Part shown: positions 1 through 13,599 of the stretch, piece by piece
Layout of the letters: each line of letters starts with the position of its first letter
How positions within the stretch are numbered: position 1 is the stretch's first letter
Assembly (NCBI RefSeq): GCF_006345805.1
Contig: NC_043003.1
Coordinates: forward strand, 50,778,001-50,842,000
Source: Octopus sinensis
Lineage: Eukaryota
Reading direction: 5' to 3'
DNA length: 64,000 nucleotides
Notes under the pieces: model-generated
The model's database searches: none
Seen by the model: only the letters and a program-made list of their open reading frames with translations
What the model was told of the DNA's origin: nothing
Program-made: the position numbers and the translations under genes

Positions 1-271
1 ATATGTATGTATGTATGTATGTATGCATGTATGAATGTATGTATTGATGGATGTATGTATATATAAATAAATACATATATGTGTGTGTAGGTACTTGATA
101 TAGCAACTCAATGTGAATACGTATTTTATCTTTAAACTGTGATAGTATATAATTGCATCTACTTATATACACACATATACTTTACATATGGATATATGTA
201 TATGTACGCATGTATATATATATGTGTGTGTGTATACATATATATACATATATATGTATGTATATACATAC

Positions 272-308
<37 letters not shown>

Positions 309-361
309 TATATGTACATATTTATGTATGTATATATATACATACATATATATAATATATA

Positions 362-395
<34 letters not shown>

Positions 396-400
396 TAATC
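1..400. repeat. Compound microsatellite (ATGT)n/(TA)n/(TG)n
   Basis: Visible simple repeats; ORFs here are YI/CV read-throughs. Confidence 0.95.
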
Positions 401-861
401 AGTATTATCTACGCTTAAAGGTATCAACGTAACTAGCCTCTCAAGGAAAGTTGAACATTTCAACTACATGGACGTCTTTCGAATCTTCTGTACCACAGTT
501 TCACTTCTTGCGGTATCGGTTTATTAAGTAAATGCCTGTTATTTAAATTGCAAGCATCAGTTTCAGTTACTTATTTCTGAAGTTGTTACTAAGGCTCAAA
601 TTCTTACGGAGTTCTATTGACGCTTATATGAATTTAAGGAGGGTGAATGCCAAAGTAAACTTCAGCTTCATTTAAACTCAGAACGTGAAGGGCCTTTGTA
701 TCACAAAAAAACATTTTAATGGTGATATACCAATGCTGACGATAATTCGCCGTATAGTTCCAAGCCTGACATTGATCGTCTTATCTTTGCTCAGAGCGGT
801 TTTAGTAATATAACATTCTCAATGTCTAGTTATTTATAGCACTTATTTAGGTGGTACAGGG

Positions 862-1097
<236 letters not shown>

Positions 1098-1362
1098 TCA
1101 TCTGCTCACGTGATCGTCCAGACTATCGGTTGCAATGTGCTTTGGATCAGTTTACCTTTTGAATAATGGTTCGGCGAGCAGACCAACAACCATCCTAATA
1201 GGAAGGCTAGTATGTCACGAGTTTATACTCGTTTAGAGCTGAGAGGACTAGAGCAACGTGGAATTAAATGTCTTGCTCAAGGACACAACGCGCAGCCGCT
1301 CTGGAAATCGAAACATACACATAACCATTAAGACATGCGCCTTCATATATATATATATATGA

Positions 1363-1407
<45 letters not shown>

Positions 1408-1524
1408 GGTGTGTGTGTGTGTATTCATTACAGATATAGGATGAAATATAATTAATTTAATAAAATCAACAAATTTCACCTAGTAGTATTTCGGTATGGA
1501 AAAGGACCATATTCGGTAAAAATT

Positions 1525-1738
1525 TATATAATTATAATAATAAGGGGTTTTTGCAACAAGCTGCTTAAACCACATACCGAAAATATTAGAAATAGCAGCC
1601 AAAAACTACTATTTCTTTTAACATGTTGTCTGTGGAGACTTATTTTTGTAGTAAAAGAAATAGTAGTTTTTTGACTGCTATTTCTAATATTTTCGGTATG
1701 TGCTTTAAGCAACTTGTTGCAAAAAACCCTTATTATTA

Positions 1739-1747
<9 letters not shown>
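1525..1747. repeat. Foldback inverted repeat, ~95-bp arms, 31-nt spacer
   Basis: 1525-1620 is the near-perfect reverse complement of 1652-1747 (few mismatches). Confidence 0.9.
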
Positions 1748-1786
<39 letters not shown>

Positions 1787-1861
1787 GACTATGCTTGCAC
1801 TGACGAGTAAAAGGGGCATTTTGTGCACTAATTATGAAATCATATGATCTGCAGCTGAGTC
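1787..1861 (+). ncRNA. Type I hammerhead ribozyme (predicted), cleavage triplet AUC
   Basis: CTGACGA 1800-1806; stem II gtaa/ttat with distal hairpin; GAAA 1836-1839; palindromic helix III ATCATATGAT 1839-1848; C17 at 1849; stem I tgca/tgca extended by gc/gc and gact/agtc. Confidence 0.75.
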
Positions 1862-3630
1862 TGTTTTTAGGAGGCTCGCTTCGAGAGTTGCATTCCCTCG
1901 CGTTCGGTACAATGTGGTTATTATGGTAGTCTTGATTTTAAGAGTCCCTCCTAGCGTGAGGCATTTATGTATAGAAATGCCCTTAATATATATATATAAG
2001 TGCACCTCCCCCACACACACAGTGGAATGGAGGGAGAGAAAGTTAATTGATTCAAAGGGATTCGGGAAAGCGTTATCACGCTCACCTACTAAATATAAGC
2101 ATGCCTTTCGGCTTAATTCCATTCTGATAACAGTAGAAAATTCTGCAACAAAATGCACTTGTTTCTCACCATTCAAGTATGAATCTTTAGATTAATCATA
2201 GGTAAATTATAGGCTATATTAGTGTCTCTCGCCTCTCTAGATGTAAAAACGTAGCTAGAGGATTGTTATAAAAGACATGTAAGTGAATTTATTGCAAAAA
2301 GATCACAAACCGACTGCATTATTATAATATTCTTTGAAATAGTTATAAAAACGGAGACAGTCATTCTATTTTCAGTTCCAGGTATAATGATTGTCATAAG
2401 TTTTTTTTCCAAGTACAATGATTTCAGCAGCCATGACTTGGAAATTGAATCAAATGGCTTTTAGTTATAAAGCCATAATAACTCAAGATTTCTGAAACTT
2501 GTTCAACACATCGCCGCACCATTTTCTTTTCATGTATCAGATCTTCAGTCACTCTACTTTTATACTTGCAATATTTTTGAAAGAAACGTTTGAGATAGCT
2601 TGTATATTCAAAATGTATAGTCAAGCAATGAGGCTATAATTTTCTGCTACGTTAGCGTTTTCAGTCTGGACTTAAGATCTGACCTTTCGGAGTTCTTTGA
2701 CATACAACATTCAACTACGGTAGTAGTTAAATAATATTCTTAAGGCCGCAATTTACTCACATGCAGCATCTTTCAGAGATTTGGTTAAGAACCGCTAATT
2801 CTGTTCTTAACCAAATAAAAAAATTGTGAACATGTTTGAAGAGGACTGGTCCCTATCTACATTATGGTATAAAAAATTGAGATTTGATCCACTAGAAAAA
2901 ACTTTACATCAAAATTTGTAGGAGAGTAAGTAACGCCACCATTCAAGTTTAGATCTAAATAACTTGTTTATTTTAAAAGCAAATTATATTTATCTTAGAT
3001 TGAATGATAGAAGAACACATAACGAATTTCATAGTTTTGTTGCCATGCATCAAAAATTTGTATTAAAAAATTGAGGTAAAATATGAAAAAATATATAATT
3101 AACGCAATAAATTGGATTTAAGTAAAATCAAAATTTTTTATATTTTAAAACAAACTATAGTTTAATTAAGTTTAAATGATAGAGCTCAATTCGTGAAATT
3201 TCGTGGTATCAATCTCATGCAATGAAGTTTTAAAAGAAAAAAAGTTATGAGCGTTTGTTTCTCAAATTTGAGAGTGATTGATATAGTTCTATAAGGGGAC
3301 TTTTAATATATGTCACCGGCGTCATTAAGGTAAGGAAAAATATTATCAACGACACTGCTAATTGACACATTTGACCCATTACTAATTAGCACAATAGCAT
3401 AACCTGGAAAAAACATGGATTACGTGGAAAAATGTGAGCAGGAGAAATAATATTCTTAAGATTATTAACCTGGAAAATTACAGGACAAGTTATTACACTT
3501 GGAAAAGTTCAGGACAACTTATTACATCCGGTAAAGTACAGAACAAGGAAAATTTTTACTTAAAATATTGCAGCTAAGGATAAAATTTGAATATAAAAAA
3601 TTATTTGTTTTTAATTCACAACGTTTAGGA

Positions 3631-3944
3631 GCACTCCGTCGGTTTCGACGACGAGGGTTCCAGCTGATACGATCAATGAAACAGCTTGCTCGTGAAATTA
3701 ATATGCAAGTGACTGAGCAATTCACAGACACGTGTACCCCTAACGTAGTTCTCAGGGAGATTCAGCGCGACACAGAGTGTGACAAGGCCGGCCCTTTGAA
3801 ATGCAGGTGCAACTCATTTTTGCCAGCTGAGTGGACTGGAGCAGCGTGAAAGAAAGCGTCTTGCCCAAGGACACAACACGTCGCCCGGAATTGAGCTCAT
3901 GACATTACAATCGTGAGTCGAATGCACTAAGCCACGCGCCTTCA
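3631..3944 (-). mobile_element. tRNA-headed CORE-like SINE (family C, long-tail variant)
   Basis: Minus-strand head ggcgcgtggcttagtg followed by gtgttgtgtccttgggcaag CORE-like motif; tail shared with 17560-17722. Confidence 0.75.
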
Positions 3945-4000
3945 CAATTTACAAAGTAACATTATAATTAAAAAAGATACCATCATTTTGTTAAAATATT

Positions 4001-4282
4001 TAATTCTTTATTTCCCACAAGGGGCTAAACGTAGAGGGGACAAACAAAGACAGACAAATGGACTAAGTCGATTACATCGACCCCACTGCGTAACTGGTAC
4101 TTATTTAATCGACCCCGAAAGGATGAAAAGCAAAGTTAACCTCGGCGGAATTTGAACTCAGAACGTAGCGGCAGACAAAATACGGTTAACCGCTTCGTCC
4201 GGCGTGCTAACGATTCTACCATCTCGCCGCCTTAAGAATTTTGCCTGGCGTGCTAACAATTCTGCTAGTTCGCCGCCTTCAG
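4001..4282 (-). mobile_element. SINE family A with duplicated 5' head
   Basis: Matches other family A copies; 15-bp TSD ttttgttaaaatatt at 3986-4000 and 4283-4297. Confidence 0.85.
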
Positions 4283-6099
4283 TTTTGTTAAAATATTGAC
4301 ACACTTAAAAATGAGAGCCAGAAGTACCAATATAGCTACAGTTTTATGGAAAGTCGAATAGTATATATGGTAGGCAAATTCATTATATAAAAAATAGACA
4401 TGGGGTCAAGGCTAAAAATGTGAAGACTTGGAAATAATTTAGGCAATAACTCAAGCAAATTTTACTGAGAATTTGTTGTTATAGGTAGATTTTATTGTAA
4501 TATATAACGAATTTTTGTATTATTCTATTTATTGTACTAATTATGTACTACTATTATTTTTATAACCTATTTTCAAATTTCTAATTATTAATTAATAATT
4601 AAAAAATGAATTTTTTTAAAGTACAAAAAATATTTTAATTGAGTTATTTTTTATTTCTAATAGAAATAATAAGTAATAACAAATAGAAGTAATAACTTGG
4701 AATTAAATGTTTAGTTTTAATAAAAGCTAATATTTTCTAAATCAAAATTTTCTATTTGAAATTTTATCCTTAGCTGCAATCTTTTAAGTAAACATTTTCT
4801 TGTTCTCTACTTTACCAGATGTAATAAGCTGTCCTGAACTTTTACAAGTGTAATAACTTGTCTCGTAATTTTCCAGGTTTATAATCTTTAAAATATTATT
4901 TCTCTTGCTTGCATTTTCCAAATAATACATACATTATAGTGACTTTCTAAAGAAAGTCTGAATTTTGTGCCTGTATCATAGTATGAGGTTTCTATACAAA
5001 CAGAGTGAGAGGAAGAGGGAGGGAGAGAGAGACAGAGAGAGAGAAATTCGAATTTTTAATTCAACCACTGAAGTTCATGCTTTAAAGTTATTAATTTGCG
5101 CTCAAGATTTCCTTAATTTTTCCGTGAGCTGCTGTTGGTGTGCTGTGCTGTTATTACTCACCTAACACCTTATGATTGCATTTAAGTATCCGATTCTGAG
5201 AAGTTGATTGTCTATAGTTTCTTCTAGTTTCATTATTTAACTGAGCTCATTGCGTTGTTAAATTACTTCATTATCGCATACTCTACAGATATATCCCAAG
5301 TCTTTCGTCAAAGAAGCAGCACGCGAATACAAGCAGGTAGAGATATTACAATTCGTGTTATCACATACTTTCGTATAGTCTTCCATCACTAGAGTGATTG
5401 GGGTTTATCAACTACCCCCGTTAAAACAGGCGCTATTTAATGATAGGTTTAAGAAATAATTATTTTCAAACAGTAGTTTTGAAAATATTTTTTAAGTATG
5501 TATATTGCACAGCCACTTCTGCCAGATCAGTTTTATACGGCGATATATAAATATTCTGATGGTAATGATGTTAGCGGCACTTTGTTTGCATATGTATATA
5601 CTTAGATTTATGCATTTATGTTTACATGCTTCTATATGTTTTTACTTCAAGCTAAACTTTGAAAAATTTTCGAAATCCGATTAATGCCATGTAATTTTAA
5701 TTTCCTAATTAGCGGTGCACCAATTAAGTTTGTGCTACTCAGCCTTCCAAGTTTGGAGTTAAGGCAGTTTGTTACATATAAAAACTCACCAATAATTACA
5801 GGTATAAATCGAAAGTCCAAGTGGACTATCTGTTGGATTCTCAATAGTTCAGCATATGTTTGTTTTTTTTCACATCTTAAACATTTTGTTAAAAAATGTT
5901 TATACTACTGTGTCCACCTTCACGTCTAGCACACATCTTGTTCCTATCACTGGTGATGCGAAAAACAGCAGTGATGGTTAATATCTTCATTGTCGTGATG
6001 TCTAAGTTGCACATTCTTCTAAGTGCCCAAACTAGTATACGAAATATTAATATGAGAAATGGTTGTGAAAATGCATTGTGGGATATCTTTTTCTTAAGT

Positions 6100-6165
6100 G
6101 TACTAATTTATTCTTTTGCCAATACATATACACACAGACACAAATATACATGTATGCTTATATAT

Positions 6166-6205
<40 letters not shown>

Positions 6206-6437
6206 CATACATATATATATATATACATATACACACACACACACACATATATATACATATTTATATATACGTATATACATATATATACATATATATATAT
6301 ACGTATATATATGCAAGTATAAATACATATATAAATACATGTATATATATGTATTTATATATATGTGTAATATATATATATATATGTGTGTGTGTGTGGT
6401 GTGTGTGTGTGCGTGTTTATGTGTGTGTGTGTGTGTA

Positions 6438-6468
<31 letters not shown>

Positions 6469-6679
6469 TATTATATATATATATATAGATAGATAGATAT
6501 AGATATATATATTACACAAACATTTGATCACTACAGACAAATTATCTGTGTGGTTGTTCGGTTGTTCGGCAAAACATTTCCGATACTTCATACGTCGTCT
6601 AACGACGGGAGAGTCCGTCATATATGTCTGTGTGTGTGTCTGTTTGCACATATGTATATGTAAGTATGTATGTGTGTGA

Positions 6680-6721
<42 letters not shown>

Positions 6722-6772
6722 CATATATACACTCACACACACCCATATATATATATATATATATATATATAT
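6100..6772. repeat. (TA)n/(CA)n/(TG)n microsatellite clusters
   Basis: Visible simple repeats with a short unique spacer. Confidence 0.9.
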
Positions 6773-6961
6773 CAACGAAAAAATCGAGTGAGCTCCCAGA
6801 AAGTACAGTCAGTAGATCCAGTGGTAATCTGGGTGGGGTGTTGGTATGTGGATGAGGAAAGGTGCTGAGAGTTCAGGAAGTGGTTCAGAAATGCAAGTCC
6901 AAAGAGTAGGAAGTTCAAGCAGGATCAAACTGGGGTAACCACATAAGCGTATAATATGGAA

Positions 6962-7326
6962 TTGAAATTTATAGAAAAACAAAAGACAAAGAGAAGTCTA
7001 TGAACAACAGGCAAGTGTATTAGTTTGACGCTCAGGAAAATAAAAAAAGTCTTCTACGTTTCGAGCCTACGCTCCTCAACAGAAAGAAATAAAGGAAAAT
7101 AAATAGAGAGAATTAAAAAAACTTGTATATATCAGCGCGCTATGCTGGACATCTGAAATCTACAGGGTTTTTTTCATTCTCTCTCTGTTTATTTTCCCTT
7201 ATTCATTCTGTTGGGGAGCGTAGGCTCGAAACGTAAAAAAAATTTTATTTACCCGAGCGTAAAACTAATACACTTGTCTGTTGTTCATAGACCTGTCTTC
7301 GTCTTTTGTATTTCTATAAAGTTCAA
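6962..7326. mobile_element. Inverted pair (~165-bp arms) of Penelope-like terminal sequence, each arm with a minimal HHR-like motif
   Basis: 6962-7127 ~ reverse complement of 7161-7326; minus motif CTGTTGA-g-GAGC gtag GCTC-GAAAC-GTA at 7050-7087, plus counterpart ~7203-7240. Confidence 0.6.
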
Positions 7327-7753
7327 CTAGATATGAGTGAATGTTTGCGCGCGCGTGCGTGCGTGTATTTATTTATAGCTAGAGAAAAGATTTTGAACAT
7401 GGAACCATGTGTATAAACCAATTTTCTGAAGTACACGGCCAAGTATCGGAAAGAATTAATATTCTAGCAACGGCATTTCTAGATTGTTATAAATTAAGTG
7501 GTTCAGTCAGATTTTCAACGTTAACTACACACAGCCGCCATAAATTGTTGAATCTGAATATAATCCTTACATGTATATCCGCTTTGTGAAGGAAGAACGT
7601 CGCTAGTATTTCCTGTTCCTGGATCTCGGAAGTTTAATCTTCATAATAAGAATTAAAATAACTATTGCTGGTCCCTGCTAGACTGACAACTCTGCTTTTC
7701 TGTCTTGGTGAAGTTGTCGCTATAGAAGCTTTCCGGCAACGTTGATGCGTTTG

Positions 7754-7785
<32 letters not shown>

Positions 7786-7973
7786 TGTATGTATGTATGT
7801 ATGTATGTATGTATGTATGTGTGTGTACTGTATATACGTATAAATACAAATATATACATAGCCTAAAATATATATGCCCAAAGCATGTGTGTGTATGTGT
7901 GTGGGGGTAGGTGGGTTTCATTTATCTTCAACTTATTTCAGTCATTTAGCTACCACACACACACACACACACA

Positions 7974-8004
<31 letters not shown>

Positions 8005-8419
8005 CATACATACATCCATGCATAGAGATGTATACAGATACAGATACGCAGAAACACAAAGACAGGTGCATATATGCATACGTACATCCATAAATATCTA
8101 AATATATAGCTTTATACATACGCATACATACATACATACATACATACATACATACATACATACATGAGCAGTACCGCCTAAGGCGAAACTTAGAGTAGAC
8201 AATTAACTATCGCTATAATATAATATCTGTCTTCTCAACCAAATGTGCTATGTTGTATGTCAGATAACATTTGCATCACGTAGAATATATTTTTGAAAAC
8301 TTGACAATGCTTAACCGCGATATACATACGTACAAAAAAGAATTATACATACTCATATTTACTGACTTGAGTATATGAGAGTATGCACACAAAAATACGA
8401 GTATGTGTAGACAAACAGT

Positions 8420-8822
<403 letters not shown>

Positions 8823-8902
8823 TGCATGTATATACATACGTATGTATATATTTATACACATATATATGTAAATTTAAATGCACATCCGAAAGGCTACTAA
8901 GA

Positions 8903-8998
<96 letters not shown>

Positions 8999-9099
8999 AG
9001 GATGTATATATATGTATTCGTGTATGTGCATGTGTGAGTGTATGCTTGTGACCGGCATCACTTGTGGATTTGTATTGCCACTAAAACTCAGAACACGAA

Positions 9100-9256
9100 G
9101 TCTGCACTTCAACAGGTAAATGACGACTAAGGCTGCGACACCTGCGCTGTCCAACGGGCTTGCCCGGATGTGGTCAGCGTCCGTGAGGGATATAGGGAAC
9201 TCGTTGGTAGGAGCAGGCTCAACCCATCCCGGTGGATGCCGCCGCAAGTGCAAATA
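9100..9256 (+). mobile_element. RTE-clade LINE 3' end fragment
   Basis: Translates as ..ARMWSASVRDIGNSLVGAGSTHPG.., like RTE ORF C-termini; homologous to 41440-41636; CAAGTG-type tail. Confidence 0.6.
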
Positions 9257-9337
9257 CCGGTACACACACACACACACTTATACACACATACACACACACT
9301 CATTCATACACACATATACTCATACACACACACACGG

Positions 9338-9369
<32 letters not shown>

Positions 9370-10794
9370 CACAGGGTTGACTAAAATTCCATAAATACTT
9401 AAATTCAATTTTATTTATTTATTCCAATTATGAATTTTAGTAATTGAATGCCGTAAATTAAAATCATTATTGTCATTTTCTTTTTCAGCATATGTCTATT
9501 TATTAGCGAAATCTCATATAAAATAATTTTTTTGTTTTAATCTTGGAATTAAATGGTTTTGATTTACTCTCAGGTGACTTTTGCCCAACCTTGTATATAT
9601 AATATAATGTAATATATTGATGATATGATATATTATATTATATTATATTATATTATATTATATCATATCATATTATATTATGTTATATTATATCATATTT
9701 TATTATACATACTCTCTCATATTCGTACCAGTTATGTAATAAAAAGAAATGATTTTATTAAAAACATATCTGCCCAGTTATCTTCCAACTGCTAATACAT
9801 CGCTTCTAACCTCAAAACAGTTCTGGTAAGCAGCCTGCAGCACATTTTCACATATAATGACTAATTCTCGTAGGAAATTTTCGTTTATCTTTTTTATCAC
9901 CTGCAATCGGTGACTTCCAAAATGTATTTTAATTTTGTGGAGAAAATAATGAATAACTGCAAGAGGCAAATATGGAAAGCTAGAGTAGCAGGGGCGGAAA
10001 AGACATCGCTTGATTTGCCCAGAATCTCGGATAAACAGTGATGTATGTATGAACACGTACATTCTTATGGGGCATGCGAGATCCAGGTTTTGTCTCTCCA
10101 TGGCTCAGGTCTCATTGCTCGCACTACCTCTGCTTTAACACCTCAAATTATCCAAATACAACTTTATTGAAGCAAATAGTCACAATTTTATGAAGAAAGC
10201 AAACACTTGATGAACAACCTTCTTCCCTACCCAACAAAAATTCTCCACCACCTTCACACTTTAGTGACATTTACCTGCATTTTACTTTTTACATTGCCTT
10301 TTTTTTTCTACATCGTAACAGTACACCCACGATTTGTCACTTTTCGGAAAGCTTTAGTCGGCACTCGAACCATCACTTCTGTCTATGATTCGTATCTCTT
10401 GTTTTGTTAACTATCGGCAGATTCGTCACAAATTTTGCTTTAACACGATGCATCTTTTATATTTTACCTTTTACTTGTTTCAATCATTAGACTGCGGCTA
10501 TGCTGGGGCACGGCTTTTAAAGTCATGTAGTAAGAATCTTTACAGACGTCTCCTTTGAAAACTTCACAAAACAGTAAAATGACTATTTTCGCGAACCACA
10601 ACGGCACTTTCGCATGCAATTGTCGTTATTTTCGTGGAATGCCGTCCAGATTAGAGATCATCTTCTTTGTTGCTTCTTCTGAATTTGAAACTTTAACCAC
10701 TCGAGATATTACGCATGACTCCGCAAATCTACCCCATGGGCCTTTTTTTTAACATTAGAAAAGTTTCCATAAAAGTCTTGCTTAATTTAGGGAC

Positions 10795-10925
10795 CCGCAT
10801 GGTTGTGTGGTTAAGAAGCGCGCTTTGGAACGATGAGGTTTCAAATTCTGTCCCACTGCTTGGGGCCTTGAGCAAGAATCTTCTACTATAGCCCCGGGGC
10901 GACCAATGCCTAGCGAGTGGATTTA
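10795..10925 (+). mobile_element. Degenerate SINE family B head
   Basis: ttgagcaagaatcttctactatagcccc...gaccaatgcc...gagtggattt matches family B. Confidence 0.6.
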
Positions 10926-11379
10926 ATAAATTGTCTGTATTTTCGTGTATCTTTCTAGCACAATTTTCACGAACGCTTGCGCTTTTAAGTCCTTAACTGT
11001 TTAATTGGCAAAAACGAAAATACTTCAATTACCAAGTGCACAAGACATGCATTTAATGTAGCAACGTGTGGATCGGCGGTTATAGGACGTGGTGTGATGC
11101 AGTTAACATTAGTCTCAAGACCCAAATTAAAACCATACACAGCACTAGAGTTAGGATCACGCTGCGCCGGCTGGTTAGCACACTATTTCAAAACTCTTTC
11201 ATTTTGGAAAGAACTCGTATTGTATATACAATTGTTTGCATGTGTATGTGTGTGTATGTGTGTGTGTGCGCGCGCGCTTGCGTGTATATTTGTCTGTTTT
11301 TCTACGCTCATGTCCATATATTTATGCATAAGTACATTTACATATCCATGCATGTTTACAAAGGATACAAACACACATG

Positions 11380-11485
11380 CATACATACGCACACACACAC
11401 ACACATACATACATACATACATACATATATACATACATACATACATACATACATACATACATACATACATACATACATACATACA

Positions 11486-11552
<67 letters not shown>

Positions 11553-11581
11553 TTACGTACATACATACATACATACATACA

Positions 11582-11615
<34 letters not shown>

Positions 11616-11808
11616 CACACATACATACATACATACATACATACATACATACATACATACATACATACATACATACATCCATCCATCCATCCATCCATCC
11701 ATACATCCATCCATCCATCCATCCATCCATCCATACATACATACATACATACATACATACATACATACATACATACATACATACATACATACATACATAC
11801 ATACATAC

Positions 11809-11839
<31 letters not shown>

Positions 11840-11866
11840 CATACATACATACATACATACATACAT
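11380..11866. repeat. (CATA)n array with internal (CATC)n block
   Basis: Visible simple repeats; source of several long spurious ORFs. Confidence 0.95.
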
Positions 11867-12756
11867 GTGCGTTTATGCAAACAAATGTGCAAATCGAGAT
11901 GAACAACTTCCTGTACACATCACTTTCTTTCTATGCCTGAGGCTATTTTCTTTTGTTGAAAATAGTGTCTTGTCGGTTTGAATTCATCTGCTTATTGTGA
12001 ATATTATGTGAACTTAATTTCCTTTTCTTCTTTTTTCTTTCTAATACTAGGGGGAGTAGTTAAGAAATGGTGGCGAAAAGTGTTTATTCATCAACTAAAC
12101 AACTAGACTTTATATCAAGACCAAATTCAGAGCGTTACAAATGCAGCTAATCTTTACTGTTTACTTTAACTGTCTGTTCACATCCGGGTTGTGATTGTAA
12201 ATCTGCCATGTTATTGCTGGCTCGCTGACTAGCCATTACAATACAATTACTTGAAGAAATCTTATTCGAAAGAAGGCGGAAATAACAGCCAAAAGAAAAG
12301 AAAAAAAACGAAGGCAAGTTTCATTGCTCCATGTTTAGAGTGGATAAACCCACATATTTTTAATACAACAATATATTTCATTTCAAGTCTGCTCTCTATG
12401 TAAATAATGATAGCATATGCAAACATATTCCTTATAAGAATATTCTTGATGGTTCTAAGATGTCGACTTCTCTCTGATTTATTTTGGGGTTTTGTCTATT
12501 TAAGTTGAACTTTCTTTCGATCACATAACAGAGGCACACCCAAGTTATGCGGAAAATATCAACTGCAATAATATCTGAATCTTGTACTGAATTTATTTTA
12601 ATCTACGAAACATAATTCCCCACGGAATAATCTTCATTGTGTCTTGTTCCTTTAATTCAGAATTTTAACTAAGAGCAGCGACTATCGAAAAGCAGTAACT
12701 CAATCTAGTTTATATGCAATTCAAATTTTTTCACAGAGCCTGAAAGTTCCAGGGAG

Positions 12757-12926
12757 GGGATAAGTCGATTACATCGACCCCAGTGTTCAACTGGTATCTA
12801 TTTTATCGACCCTGAAAGGATGAAAAACAAGTCTACCTCAGCGGAATTTGAGCCCAAAACGTAAAGGCGGACGAAATGCCGCTAAACATTTTTCCCGGCG
12901 TCCTAACGATTCTGCCAGCTCGCCTT
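12757..12926 (-). mobile_element. SINE family A
   Basis: gtcgattacatcgaccccag...atcgaccctgaaaggatgaaa...gcggaatttga matches other copies. Confidence 0.8.
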
Positions 12927-13599
12927 TCAATATAATATGCAAAATTATTCAGCGTATCGCTATTCTTGTACATTTTCTGTGAAATAAATATTCTGTGAAG
13001 TACATGTCTATTCAGCAAAATTGATTTTATACACAAACCTGAGGAGTCGATATTTTCCAATATTGGTGCAATAATACCGTTACGGTGTATTATTTTTCAT
13101 ATACAATAATATTACTATATTCTTCTGGTAAACTATCGATGAAACATTTGTAGAATTATGTAATAAAACAATTGATCACTCCATTCGCCTTGTCAATATT
13201 TATATAAACACTATGTATGTTTACGGATTTTCAGATCTATCATCAGTAAAGTGATTCATGTCCGATCTATAATAGTATCTGATAGCCGATACTCTTTAAC
13301 GGGCTTAATAAAGCAAACCCCAAGGTTAAAATATCCCGATAATATATTTGTATTTTCTTTTCATTTTCCTCTAGATGCTAACATAACGCAGTTGGAATGC
13401 CAATCTAGTTCAAATTGACAAGGAGTTCTAAGGGTGGAATACACTTAGTACTGTGAGGGATAAGAAAAATCTGATGTTACAGGAATATCATTTCGCCTAA
13501 GATATATGTAATGCTGTTGGAGATATAAAATAAACTGCAAGTAGTGAGGATGAGTAAAAGGTCATCATAACAGTATTATATGAAAGAAAATTAAGGAGA

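Larger units (their letters stand above)
3426..4920. mobile_element. Non-autonomous long-TIR (foldback-type) DNA element, ~180-bp TIRs with ~27-bp internal subrepeats; interrupted by two SINEs
   Basis: 3426-3606 aligns to the reverse complement of 4741-4920; arms contain ~3 copies of ggaaaa(g)ttcaggacaa(g/c)ttattaca. Confidence 0.7.

Noticed and set aside
2779-2816. 14-bp perfect hairpin atttggttaagaac/gttcttaaccaaat
   Set aside because: Isolated, probably internal to an old DNA-element fragment; no further support.
5289-5336. Possible 48-nt plus-strand exon (ctctacag / gtagag)
   Set aside because: Splice-like sites occur by chance in 64 kb; no recognisable peptide.
9811-9900. Possible 90-nt minus-strand exon VIKKINENFLRELVIICENVLQAAYQNCFE (ttgcag / gttaga)
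   Set aside because: Weak donor, only superficial resemblance to small GTPases, no partner exons; needs RNA-seq or BLASTX.
12020-12140. Strong polypyrimidine tract plus AG followed by short frames
   Set aside because: All frames stop within ~30 codons; no donor or homology.
13225-13250. Minus-strand CTGATGA..GAAA
   Set aside because: No viable stem II, helix III or stem I; chance match.
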